This document shows positions 38,037 through 51,849 of a stretch of 64,000 nucleotides of DNA, piece by piece; the first letter of the stretch is position 1; each line of letters starts with the position of its first letter. Position numbers and translations under genes: made by a program. The stretch covers positions 8,663 through 72,662 of IMG/VR virus record IMGVR_UViG_2856153290_000001; one strand, written 5' to 3'. A model generated the notes under the pieces. It did not search any database and was not told the origin of the DNA. It worked only from the letters and a program-made list of their open reading frames with translations. This stretch comes from a virus (taxonomy: Duplodnaviria; Caudoviricetes).

Positions 38037-38936
38037 ATGGAGCTGTACTTCGGCGAGAACGGCGACCAGCGCATTCGCGGCGACTTCATTCGTCGCGCGG
38101 TGCTGCGTTCCGACCTGGTGCCGATACCGCTCACCCTGGAGGCCGAGATCCGCGCCGGCACGGAGACCGCCGAGCACTTCGAGGTCGGGCGCTCGATCAC
38201 CACCTATGACGGCGACGAGCTGGAGATCATCAAGTCCGAGTTCATCCAGCAGGCGCGCATGCAGGCCGACGACCTGGCGGGCTACGTGCGCCTCATCGCC
38301 ATCCTGAAACCGGTGGTCGAGGTCGCGTTCGTCAAGCCGCGGGCCGTCATCAAGCGCGGCGCCACGCTGACCGAGGTCTACCGCGCGTGCGGGGCCACGC
38401 TGCGCGGCATCGAGGGCGACTTCGCGGTACCGCGCTTCGCCTGCCTGGCGGGAGAGGCGCATACCTACCACATTGCCCGGGCTCTACAGGAGGCGGGCGG
38501 TGTCGTGCGTTGGCGGCATGGTCGCCTGGCCTTCATTCCACTGCCGGCGCTGTTCGATCAGGAGCCGGTCGACACCATCGTCAACACCGCCTCGGATGAC
38601 GTCGAATCCGGCTTCCTGGAGCGGCACGACATTCCGTGGTTCTACAGCGTGGATGCCGACGGCCAGTTCGTCTACGGCAACCGCGGCAAGCCGCGCGCGG
38701 CCCGTTTTCAGCCCGGGGTCAACGAGGTCACGCTGCGCCACATGACGGGCTGTCTGGTGCTGACCAAGAACACGCGCCTCAAGTACACGCAGAAGATCGC
38801 GGCCGGCGACCTGATCGAGGTCGTGGGCGGCGAGCCGCTGGTGGCAATGACGGTGGCCACCCTGTTCGCGCCCGGCGCGGACGGCGACGCCCCCGAACAG
38901 TTCACCCGCGTTTGGCTGGGGAGATTGGAACCATGA
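38037..38936 (+). CDS. Baseplate hub, P1 gp6-like
   Basis: AVLRSDLVPIPLTLE motif. Confidence 0.72.
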   Translation: MELYFGENGDQRIRGDFIRRAVLRSDLVPIPLTLEAEIRAGTETAEHFEVGRSITTYDGDELEIIKSEFIQQARMQADDLAGYVRLIAILKPVVEVAFVKPRAVIKRGATLTEVYRACGATLRGIEGDFAVPRFACLAGEAHTYHIARALQEAGGVVRWRHGRLAFIPLPALFDQEPVDTIVNTASDDVESGFLERHDIPWFYSVDADGQFVYGNRGKPRAARFQPGVNEVTLRHMTGCLVLTKNTRLKYTQKIAAGDLIEVVGGEPLVAMTVATLFAPGADGDAPEQFTRVWLGRLEP

Positions 38937-39397
38937 GCGGAAGCGGCCTGCTGGCCGGCAAGTGGCCGGCCGTGGTCGACAGCTACGAGGCCGACACGCG
39001 CACGTGCGTGGTCAGCATCCCGGGCATCACCGACGGCGCCGAGACCGGCCTGGTGGCGGAGATCGAGTACCCGGTCGGCGACAAGTCGCGCCACGAGACC
39101 ATGACCGAAATCGAGATCCTGCCCGGCGACCTGGTGTGGGTGGAGTTCATTCAGGGCGACCCGCGCTTTCCGCTGATCACCGGTTGGCGCAACCCGACGA
39201 CCGGCAACTCCGCCGGCTGGCGGCGCTGGCACCATGCCAACATGCAGCTGCTGACCGACAGCGAGATGCGCCTGCACTCCGGCGGACTGGTGCACGTCAG
39301 CGCCGGAGACAGCATCACCCTGCAGGTCGGCGGCTCGACCATCACGCTGACGCCGGACGACATCACCCAGCTGTCCAGCATGATCAACCTCAACTGA
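38933..39397 (+). CDS. Baseplate spike (gpV/gp5 OB-fold)
   Basis: LAGKWPAVV, PGDLVWVEFIQGDPRFPLITG and a beta-repeat tail. Confidence 0.85.
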   Translation: MSGSGLLAGKWPAVVDSYEADTRTCVVSIPGITDGAETGLVAEIEYPVGDKSRHETMTEIEILPGDLVWVEFIQGDPRFPLITGWRNPTTGNSAGWRRWHHANMQLLTDSEMRLHSGGLVHVSAGDSITLQVGGSTITLTPDDITQLSSMINLN

Positions 39398-39410
39398 CAA
39401 GGAGCCCGCC

Positions 39411-39893
39411 ATGGCTGCCAATCTTCTGTTTTCCTTCGACGACCTGAGCCGCAAGGACAAGGCGGTGCGCGACGTCGAGAAGTACTTCCGGCGTGCCGGC
39501 GCCAACCCGGTGAGCGTCGACGTCGATTCGCGGGTCAAGCGCACCAGCGGCGTCAGCTACCGCGAGATCGGGCTGACGTTCAGCGACAGCCAGGTGGTCA
39601 AGCTGCGCGTGAAGCGGCCGGGCGACATCTTTCAGGTGCTGCTCAACCGCAAGGTGGTGCCGATGGCCAACCAGGACGATCACGTCAAGGCCATCGGCGA
39701 GATCGTGCAGGCCATGGACCGCGGGCGGACCGCCTTCCAGAAGCGCCTGTCCCGGGCCAGGGTCGAGCTGCCCAAGCGCATGAAGACCGCGGCGCCGCGG
39801 ATGGAGAAGCGCCTGGAAGCCAAGCGCGACGCCCTGCGTGAAGCCGTCGACGACGCTCGCCAGCAGCTGGCCGAGCTGCGCCCCGTGTCCTGA
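39411..39893 (+). CDS. hdf: Hdf-like (DarA N-terminal domain) antirestriction head protein
   Basis: KRTSGVSYREIGLTFSDSQVVKLRVKRPGDIFQVLLN plus a coiled-coil C-terminus. Confidence 0.7.
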   Translation: MAANLLFSFDDLSRKDKAVRDVEKYFRRAGANPVSVDVDSRVKRTSGVSYREIGLTFSDSQVVKLRVKRPGDIFQVLLNRKVVPMANQDDHVKAIGEIVQAMDRGRTAFQKRLSRARVELPKRMKTAAPRMEKRLEAKRDALREAVDDARQQLAELRPVS

Positions 39894-40399
39894 TGGCGGC
39901 AACCGAAACCTGGACGCCGCCGCCCGACCTGCTGTTCAGCCTGCCGGAGACCGCCGGCCCGGTGGCGTTCACGATCAGCGTGGAGGTCGAGGGCGTCGAC
40001 CCCGTGACCGGCGAGCCGGCTGTCGTCGAGGTCGTCGGCTACCGGGGCTCGATCACGCCAGAGCAGGCGCTGCTGGCCATCGAGGGCGATGCCGACGGCC
40101 TGACCGTTTCGGCCGACAGCCTGGCCGGGCTGTTCCCGATCGAGCACATCGACTATCGCCAGGACGGGCAGGTGGTGCGCGTGCCGTCCTGGGAGCAGTT
40201 GCCGGCCGAGGCTGAGGAGCTGATCGAGTACCGCCCCAGCCGAGCGCAGACGCGCGCCTACCGACTCGATGTCGTCGCCGACCTGGCCGACGGCAGCGAG
40301 GCCTACATGTCGTACCTGATCGAAGTGCATCAGGACTGGAGTGCCGGCCGTGACCGGCTGAGGAGCGAGATCGATGCCCGCCGTAACTCGACAGGGTGA
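39893..40399 (+). CDS. P1 UpfB-like baseplate protein
   Basis: C-terminal IEVHQDWSAGRDRL. Precedes the PAAR gene. Confidence 0.55.
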   Translation: MAATETWTPPPDLLFSLPETAGPVAFTISVEVEGVDPVTGEPAVVEVVGYRGSITPEQALLAIEGDADGLTVSADSLAGLFPIEHIDYRQDGQVVRVPSWEQLPAEAEELIEYRPSRAQTRAYRLDVVADLADGSEAYMSYLIEVHQDWSAGRDRLRSEIDARRNSTG

Positions 40400-40664
40400 T
40401 GGCTGCACCGGCCACGGTGCGTTTCCGCCGCGCAACAGCACCGAGGGCAGCCCCAACGTGATGATCAACGGCCAGCCCGCCCACCGCCAGGGCGATGCTT
40501 GGGAGTCGCACTGCAATCCGGACGGCGTCTGTCACGACGGCGTGCTGTCCGCAGGCTCGGGCAGCGTCAACGTCAACGGCCGCCCGCTGGGGCGTATCGG
40601 CGACCCCGTGGATTGCGGCTCGGCAGTGGCGGCCGGATCGCCCGACGTCATGGCCGGCGGCTGA
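40374..40664 (+). CDS. PAAR spike-tip protein
   Basis: PAVTRQGD, PAHRQGD, PLGRIGDPVDCG. Confidence 0.93.
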   Translation: MPAVTRQGDGCTGHGAFPPRNSTEGSPNVMINGQPAHRQGDAWESHCNPDGVCHDGVLSAGSGSVNVNGRPLGRIGDPVDCGSAVAAGSPDVMAGG

Positions 40665-40683
40665 CCACCAGGCTGCACGGCCA

Positions 40684-40724
40684 GGAAAAGCCGAGGCCGG
40701 CAGCCTGTCTCTCTCCCATAGCAT
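40684..40724 (+). promoter_or_regulatory. Putative late promoter (GGAAAA-N29-TAGCAT)
   Basis: Conserved motif upstream of darA. Confidence 0.75.
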
Positions 40725-40780
40725 GGCCCCATCTGCGCGCCCGTCGCGGCGCCCCGATCCACCCATTACAGGGGCCTACT

Positions 40781-44929
<4,149 letters not shown>

Positions 44930-44943
44930 GGAGACACTGAGGA

Positions 44944-47900
44944 ATGAAGCGGATTTTTGACGACGCATCGGCCGGTGGCGGCGCGCAGGCGATGATGACC
45001 CGGCTCAAGCTGGTGTCGGAGCTGGGTAGGGTGCGCAAGGAGCTGATCACTCTCCCGCAGGGCATCGGCGCCATGGCTGACCGGCTGCGCCTGGTGAAGC
45101 GGGCCAACGAGGTTCGCGCCGAGCTGAAGGCGGCCACCCTGGCCGCCGACCCGGCAAAGGCGATGCAGGCCGAGCGCGAGCCGCCGGAGCCGGTAGGCGA
45201 GCCGCGCCGCCAGACCGCCGGCCTGTACAGCCACGACGAGAAGCGCACCCGGGGGCAGCGTCAGAAGGCCAACGATGCCGCTGTCGAGCTGCTCGCCAGG
45301 GTGCAGTCCGGCGAGTTGCCCCGGGACGAGATCACCGACGAGCATCGCGCCGTGCTGGCCGGCTACTCCGGCAACGGCGGGGCGCTGGTCGGCGCCGATG
45401 GCAAGAAGGGGTCGGCCTACGAGTACTACACCCCGCCACCAGTGGCAGAGGGCATCTGGCGCGCCCTGGCGGAGATGGGTTTTGCCGGTGGCAAGATTCT
45501 CGACCCGGCCGGCGGTACCGGCATCTTCGGCGCCTCGGCGCCACGCAATGCTGCCGTGGACGCCGTGGAGATCGACGAGACGTCCGGTGCCGTCAATGAG
45601 CTGGTCAATGGCGGTCCCGGCTATCACGTGTCGGTGGCGCCCTTCGAGCAGGTGGCGGCCGCCACGCCCGACGAGGCCTATGACGCGGTGGTCACCAACG
45701 TGCCGTTCGGTACCGTCGCCGACCGGGGCGGCAACCAGAACCTGGACCCCAAGTACCAGAAGGAGACGCTGGAGGCCTACTTCATCCTGCGCTCACTCGA
45801 CAAGCTGAAGTCCGGCGGGCTGGCCGCTTTCGTCGTGCCGCCGCGCTGCGTCTCCGGGCGCGGTGGCGCCGAGGTCAAGCTACGCCAGCGGGCCAGCCTG
45901 AAGGCCGAATTCCTAGGCGCCTATCGGCTGCCCAACAGCGTGTTCGGCGCCGCCGACGCGGACACGATCACCGACGTCATCTTCTTCCGCAAGTACGGCC
46001 GCGATGCCGCGGAGAAGATCGAGGAGCTGCACGAGCAGGCGCCCGAAACCCTGGCCGAGGCCAAGGTCATGTGGAGCGAGTTCGTCGAGGGGCGCTACTT
46101 CAAGGGTGAGGGCAAGCGCTTCGTGCTCGGCGAGTTCGTGCCCAAGGATCCCGAGAAGTTCCGCGACGTCGACCGCGTGAAGAATCCGGCCAGCATTCCC
46201 GAGGTCGCCAGGCTGATCCGCCGGCTGCCTGGTAGTCGCGTGGACTGGGCGCTGCTGGAAGCGGCCGAGACGCAGCCCATCGTCTACCGTGAGGGCGATA
46301 CCCTCACTCAGGCCGGGCAGACCCTGCAGATGCAGGACGGCGAGTGGGTGCCGCTGGCGTCCGCTGACAGCGATATGCGAGGCGTCGAGCTGCTGGGGCG
46401 GTTCAAGGACGCCTACACCGCCTTCGATGCCGGCATGGGCTACGTCGATGCCGTCACGCTGCGCCAGTACATGCGCGATACCTCGCAGTCGCTGGACATG
46501 CCCGCCTGGCTGGCGTCGGCGCTGGCCGCGCTGGACAAGCTGGCCGACGACGAGGCGCGGGCGCGTGCCTGGGCGCCCGGCCTGGTGGGACTGGCCGTGT
46601 CGCAGGTGCTGGACGAGAACGGCCGCGGCAGCGGTACCGACTTCCTGACCGGCTACGCCAAGCTGTCGGCCGCCATGCGCGAACAGGCGGCCGCCGCCCG
46701 GCGCGTCAAGGGCGTGGACGGCGAGCTGCGCCGCGGGCTCGGCGAGCTGGTCACCCACTACCAGCGCAAGGCCGGATTCAGCGCGCTGTGGCGTGGCGAC
46801 GTTCAGCAGGCGCCGACCATGCAGGTCAGCGCCGCCCACGGCTTCGAGGGCCTTCTGTACGAGAACCAATCGAGCTGGACCACCCTGGAGCAGGCGCGCA
46901 GCGTGCTGGGCGACGACTTCAGCCCGTTCGACAGCGACGACTGGTGCGTGTCCGCCGACGGCAGCCAGGTGTGCCGGGCCGACGACTACTTCGTGGGCAG
47001 CTACGCCGACTTCGTCAAGCGGATCGACGCCGAGATGGCGGCCGCGCCTGGCGAGCAGCTGCGCGCCAAGCTCATGCGACAGAAGGCGGTGGCCGCCGAG
47101 CGCATCGACCGCGTCGACGTGTCGCGCATCAGCTTCAACCTGTTCAGCCCCTACGTCACCCTGGAAGAGAAGGCCGAGTTCCTGCGCCGCTTCGTCCACC
47201 CCAGCGCCGTGGTGGCCATCGATGAGGCCAGCGGCGAGCCGCGCATCGAGTTCGATATTCCCGGCAGCAAGCTGACCGACCGAGAGAAGCTGATTCGGCG
47301 AATCGGCGCCTACCTGCGCAACGGCACCATCACCCTGGGCGGTACCAAGCTGGACATGGGCGATGCGGCAGGCATCCGCGAGCTGCGCGCCATGGTCAAC
47401 AAGGCCAACGAGCAGTTCAACGGCTGGGCGCGAGGGAATGCGGTCGTCGTGTCGCGCCTGGAGGGGCAGGCCAACGACCCGGCCAGGCTGCGTTTCCGTC
47501 AGCCCGAGGACGAGAGCCCGCTGGCCATTCCGGGCATGAATCCCGAGCTCGAGCTGCACGGCTATCAGAACGCCTACGTGCGCTCCCGGGCCCGCGATTT
47601 CTCCGGCATCAACGGCTTCGACGTCGGGCTCGGCAAGACCTTCACCGCCCTGGCGGTCGCCCAGTACGTGCAGGCCATCGGCGCCAAGCAGAAGACCCTG
47701 TTCGTGGTGCCCAACTCGGTGCTCTCCAACTGGCACAAGGAGGCCGTCAAGGCCTACGCGAGCATCGACGACTGCCTGTTCGTAGGCCTGCGCGACGGCG
47801 AGGTGTCGTCTGCCGCCTACGACGAAGATCTCAACCGGGTGCTGGAGAACCGCCACCGCAAGATCTTCATGACCATGGAGGCCTTCGAGCGCATCCGCCT

Positions 47901-50900
47901 GCGTGATGACACGATCACCGGCTACGAGTCCTACATGCGGTCCGCCGACCAGTCCTTCGCCGAGAGCGAGGATCGCAAGGCCGACGAGCGCGCCAAGGGC
48001 AAGGCGGCCACCATCGTCGACGTGCTGGGCAAGAAAGAGGGCGCCGCCCCCTTCCTGGAAGACATGGGCGTTGACTCGCTGGTCGTCGACGAAGCCCACG
48101 TGTTCAAGAACTCGGCGACCACCGTGGACTTCAAGGGCGGCAAGTACCTGTCGCTGTCACCGGCATCCAAGCGCGGCCTCGACGCGCAGGCCAAGGCCTG
48201 GGCGATTCGTGGTGGCGACGGCGCCCGCGGCGATGGCGTCATGCTGCTGAGCGCGACGCCCATCACCAACAGCCCGCTGGAAATCTACTCCATGATGGCC
48301 CTGGCCGTGGGTCATGACCGGGTCAACGACCTGTTCGTCGGCACCTCGGGCGCCGACGGCTTCATGAACGCCGTGTGCCAGATCGAGAACGAGGATGATG
48401 AATCGATCGACGGCGAGAGCCGCGCCATCAACGTCTTCAAGGGTCTCAACAACGTCGACATGCTGCGCGGCGCGCTGCGCCAGGTGGCCACGATCAAGAG
48501 CGCCGATGACGTCGGCAGCCAGATCAAGGTGCCGGACGCGCCGGAGCGCGCCACGCCCATCCAGTTGCCGGAGTCGACCGTCGTGCAGCTGGAGGAGTAC
48601 AAGCAGGCCTATCGCTATGCCGCCGACGCCATGTCGGAGCGTGGCGAGAACCGCGGCGACCCGGCCGCCTTCGAGCGCATCGCCGGCAAGTTCGGCGAGC
48701 CGATGGAGCTCGTCGGCCATCCGTTCAACCTGATCAACAAGATGACGATGCTCATCGCCGACCCCGATCTCGACGCCCGGGTGTCGCGCTACCTGATCAA
48801 CGAGGGCGAGGAAGAGCAGGCGCGGGCACTGGTGGAGCAGTGGAACGCCAAGCCGCCGACCGAGCAGCGCACGCGCCCGGGGCCGAATGCCAGCGCCGAC
48901 GAGGCGGTCAGCGTGAAGACCATCCGCGACGCCAACCGTGAGGTGGTCGGCCGCCAGTACAAGATTCCGGTCAAGGCCTGGATCGAGGGCGGCGCCATCG
49001 TGCTCGACACCGTGAGCGCTGACACGCAGGAGCGTTTCGAGACCATGGCCGGCAAGGCGGGCGTCGAGCTCGACGTCTCGGTACCGCCCAAGCTGGCGGC
49101 CCTGCTCGAGAACTTCCAGACCGAGGCGGCAACGCCCCGCGGCGTGGATGCCGACGGCAACCGCACGCCCCATGCCAAGCAGATCATCTTTTGCGACCTG
49201 CTGGGCATGCACAACAAGATCCGCCGGCTGCTTGTGCGCCGGGCCGGCGTGCCGGAGGCGGCCATCGCCGTCGTCACCGGGCAGCGCAACAACAGCCCGG
49301 AGGAGATCATGGCGGTGCAGGACGGCTTCAACGCCCCGGGCGAGGCCAACAAGTACCGCGTGATCATCGCCAACGAGAAGGCGGAGGTCGGCATCAACCT
49401 GCAGAAGGGCACGCAGGCCATCCATCACCTGACCATTGGCTGGACGCCGGACAGCCTGACCCAGCGCAACGGCCGCGGCGTGCGCCAGGGCAACAAGACC
49501 GAGCAGGTCACGGTCTACCACTACGACGCCGACGGCACCTTCGACACCGCCAAGCGTTCCCTGGTCAACAGCAAGGCCGACTGGATCGGCGCCATGATGA
49601 AGCCCGACGGCGGCGACAGCCTGGCCATCAGCGGCGGCATGAGTCGCGAGCAGATGGAGGCGCTGATCGACGTCGTCGGCGACGCTGACGCGGTGACGCG
49701 CATTCAGGAGGCGATGGCCGCCAAGGAGGCCGAGCGCCGGGCGACCACCAATCGCGAGCGTCAGCGCATCAACCTGGACACCATCGACAAGCAGAACCGC
49801 TTCCTCGAGGAGAATGCGTCGGCGGCCGACTGGGTGGCGCGCAAGGTGGGGCAGCTGATGTCCGCCATGGCTCAGACCGAGAAGGTGCGCAAGCGGCTGT
49901 CACGCGCCAAGTCGGAGTCGTCGCGGGCCAAGAACGAGAGCCTGCTGGCCGAAATGGAAGTCAGGGAGCGTGGCTTGCAGCGCCAGATCGAGGAGGCGGC
50001 GACCTTCCATCGGGCGAGCTACAACTATCAGACCCGCCAAGCCGAGCGGCTGGACGACGACCCGCTGAGCGTCCGCGAGGTGGTGACCACCTTCCTGGAT
50101 CGCGCCAAGCGCGGCGAGAACCGCGCGTCCGACCTGGTGGCGGCGCTGCGCAGCGGGCGCCTGGGTTACGGCGCGGTCGACATCGCCGTCAACGAGGAGG
50201 CGGAGCTGGTCAACGAGTGGGAGTCCGAGGTCGACATGGCGCGCCAGATGCGCCGCCAGGCGGTGGAGAGCTATCAACGCCAGGCCAAGGAGGCCGGCGG
50301 CCTGCCGGCCGGCGTCGCCGAGGCCTTCGCTGCCGACAAGGGCGTGATGGTGGCCGACCGGCCGGTGATTGCCGAGTGCTTCATCACCGTCGATGACGAC
50401 CTGTTCGCGGTCAGCCCCGAGTCCCTGGCGCAGTTTCGCCCCAGTGCGGTCGGCTACGTCGACGGCCGAGAGCAGCGGGCTACGCTGGCCGCCCTGGTGC
50501 CGCTGGGCGACGTTGCCTACCCTGGCAGCCGTGAGCACGATGCCTGCCTGGTGCGCGCGGCCGCGATGGAGGATGCCGCCGAGCGCGATGGCCAGACGCT
50601 GCGCCTCTACACCGATGCCTGCCCCGAGGTGGCCACGCGCCGCGAGACCACGGTCATGGCGCGCTATTCGGCCCGCGACTACTCGCTGCCGGCGCCGCAC
50701 TTCCCGATTCCGCTGGATCCGGAGCGCGTCACCCCGGACTCCCCGGCGCTGGCTCGCATCGTCGACGAGCAGCGTCAGCTGATCGAGCGCTGGGAAGGCA
50801 TGAGCTTCGTGGTGGCCGGCGATGTCGAGGTCGCGCGCGGCCAGCCCGGCCTGGTAGAAGCCCTGCGCGACTATGCCATCGCCCACGGACTGAAAGTCAC

Positions 50901-51378
50901 GCTGGCCGACTTCGGCCCCGGGCAGATGTTCCGCCTCAAGCAGGTGGTGCGCGAGCACTTCGACGACGCGGCGTTCGAGGCGGCCCTGGTCGGCGAAACC
51001 GGTGAGGAGATCGGGCGCAGCGTCGAGCGCTATGTGACGAGTGCGGTGCCGTGGTTCGACTTCGAGGGCGAGGCACAGTCATACTTGCCGCCACACCTGC
51101 AGCACCGGGCAACGATGGCGGTCGCCGACAGGGCGCCGGCCGAGGAGCCGGGCGAGCCGGTGCCGGCCGTCAGCGACGACGGCGACCCTGACGAGATGGT
51201 GCTGGTCGAGGGCGAGACCCGCGCGTGGAAGGACCGCATCAAGGAGTACGGTACCCGTCACGGCAGCTATCGGCGCTGGATGCGCAAGGAGACGGCATGG
51301 CGCGTTCGCCGCCGGGCCTGGAACGCACTGCTCGCCGACTTCCCGCGGGCGGCGGAAGAACTCAACCTGAGGGCCTGA
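44944..51378 (+). CDS. darB: DarB-like N6-adenine methyltransferase + SNF2-type helicase
   Basis: EYYTP, ILDPAGGTGIF (motif I), TNVPFG (motif IV), FDVGLGKT, VVDEAH, LSATPITNSPLE, QRNGRGVRQGN. Confidence 0.92.
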   Translation: MKRIFDDASAGGGAQAMMTRLKLVSELGRVRKELITLPQGIGAMADRLRLVKRANEVRAELKAATLAADPAKAMQAEREPPEPVGEPRRQTAGLYSHDEKRTRGQRQKANDAAVELLARVQSGELPRDEITDEHRAVLAGYSGNGGALVGADGKKGSAYEYYTPPPVAEGIWRALAEMGFAGGKILDPAGGTGIFGASAPRNAAVDAVEIDETSGAVNELVNGGPGYHVSVAPFEQVAAATPDEAYDAVVTNVPFGTVADRGGNQNLDPKYQKETLEAYFILRSLDKLKSGGLAAFVVPPRCVSGRGGAEVKLRQRASLKAEFLGAYRLPNSVFGAADADTITDVIFFRKYGRDAAEKIEELHEQAPETLAEAKVMWSEFVEGRYFKGEGKRFVLGEFVPKDPEKFRDVDRVKNPASIPEVARLIRRLPGSRVDWALLEAAETQPIVYREGDTLTQAGQTLQMQDGEWVPLASADSDMRGVELLGRFKDAYTAFDAGMGYVDAVTLRQYMRDTSQSLDMPAWLASALAALDKLADDEARARAWAPGLVGLAVSQVLDENGRGSGTDFLTGYAKLSAAMREQAAAARRVKGVDGELRRGLGELVTHYQRKAGFSALWRGDVQQAPTMQVSAAHGFEGLLYENQSSWTTLEQARSVLGDDFSPFDSDDWCVSADGSQVCRADDYFVGSYADFVKRIDAEMAAAPGEQLRAKLMRQKAVAAERIDRVDVSRISFNLFSPYVTLEEKAEFLRRFVHPSAVVAIDEASGEPRIEFDIPGSKLTDREKLIRRIGAYLRNGTITLGGTKLDMGDAAGIRELRAMVNKANEQFNGWARGNAVVVSRLEGQANDPARLRFRQPEDESPLAIPGMNPELELHGYQNAYVRSRARDFSGINGFDVGLGKTFTALAVAQYVQAIGAKQKTLFVVPNSVLSNWHKEAVKAYASIDDCLFVGLRDGEVSSAAYDEDLNRVLENRHRKIFMTMEAFERIRLRDDTITGYESYMRSADQSFAESEDRKADERAKGKAATIVDVLGKKEGAAPFLEDMGVDSLVVDEAHVFKNSATTVDFKGGKYLSLSPASKRGLDAQAKAWAIRGGDGARGDGVMLLSATPITNSPLEIYSMMALAVGHDRVNDLFVGTSGADGFMNAVCQIENEDDESIDGESRAINVFKGLNNVDMLRGALRQVATIKSADDVGSQIKVPDAPERATPIQLPESTVVQLEEYKQAYRYAADAMSERGENRGDPAAFERIAGKFGEPMELVGHPFNLINKMTMLIADPDLDARVSRYLINEGEEEQARALVEQWNAKPPTEQRTRPGPNASADEAVSVKTIRDANREVVGRQYKIPVKAWIEGGAIVLDTVSADTQERFETMAGKAGVELDVSVPPKLAALLENFQTEAATPRGVDADGNRTPHAKQIIFCDLLGMHNKIRRLLVRRAGVPEAAIAVVTGQRNNSPEEIMAVQDGFNAPGEANKYRVIIANEKAEVGINLQKGTQAIHHLTIGWTPDSLTQRNGRGVRQGNKTEQVTVYHYDADGTFDTAKRSLVNSKADWIGAMMKPDGGDSLAISGGMSREQMEALIDVVGDADAVTRIQEAMAAKEAERRATTNRERQRINLDTIDKQNRFLEENASAADWVARKVGQLMSAMAQTEKVRKRLSRAKSESSRAKNESLLAEMEVRERGLQRQIEEAATFHRASYNYQTRQAERLDDDPLSVREVVTTFLDRAKRGENRASDLVAALRSGRLGYGAVDIAVNEEAELVNEWESEVDMARQMRRQAVESYQRQAKEAGGLPAGVAEAFAADKGVMVADRPVIAECFITVDDDLFAVSPESLAQFRPSAVGYVDGREQRATLAALVPLGDVAYPGSREHDACLVRAAAMEDAAERDGQTLRLYTDACPEVATRRETTVMARYSARDYSLPAPHFPIPLDPERVTPDSPALARIVDEQRQLIERWEGMSFVVAGDVEVARGQPGLVEALRDYAIAHGLKVTLADFGPGQMFRLKQVVREHFDDAAFEAALVGETGEEIGRSVERYVTSAVPWFDFEGEAQSYLPPHLQHRATMAVADRAPAEEPGEPVPAVSDDGDPDEMVLVEGETRAWKDRIKEYGTRHGSYRRWMRKETAWRVRRRAWNALLADFPRAAEELNLRA

Positions 51379-51379
51379 C

Positions 51380-51799
51380 ATGGCATTCACTGAACACCTG
51401 TTCGACAAGGACGACATCAAGGCGCTGGCCCGGCAACGGGCCGCCGCCCTCAAGGAGAATCGCGGCTTCTCCGACTTCCCCGGGTTCGCGCTCGGCGTGA
51501 TCGAGCGCCGCCTGGCCAAGGACCCGCTTCGGTACCGGGACTACGGGCCGTACTGGTGGGCGGTCAAGGCGCTGATGATCGACAGCGGACGGGAGCTGGG
51601 CGAACGCGACGACCCGATGGTGCGCGCCGCCTACCAGGGCGACAGTCGCGAGGAGACCATCGTCATGGCCGACGAATTCCGCACCCTGTACCTGGCCACA
51701 CAGGCCGTGGGTACCAACCAGTTCCTGCTCGACGGCGAGTCCGGCGACCTCTACACCCTCGAAGACGAGGACATGGAATCCCGCCTGCCCGGCACCTAA
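51380..51799 (+). CDS. ulx: Ulx-like protein
   Basis: RLAKDPLRYRDYGPYW matches recalled P1 Ulx RLLKNPRLYRSYGPYW. Directly follows darB. Confidence 0.8.
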   Translation: MAFTEHLFDKDDIKALARQRAAALKENRGFSDFPGFALGVIERRLAKDPLRYRDYGPYWWAVKALMIDSGRELGERDDPMVRAAYQGDSREETIVMADEFRTLYLATQAVGTNQFLLDGESGDLYTLEDEDMESRLPGT

Positions 51800-51802
51800 G
51801 CC

Positions 51803-51843
51803 GGAAAACCCCGCGCTGACCCACCCCCGGCATGGCCCACCAT
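51803..51843 (+). promoter_or_regulatory. Putative late promoter (GGAAAA-N29-CACCAT)
   Basis: Conserved motif, with an in-frame ATG 6 nt after the -10 box. Confidence 0.72.
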
Positions 51844-51849
51844 CGGGCC

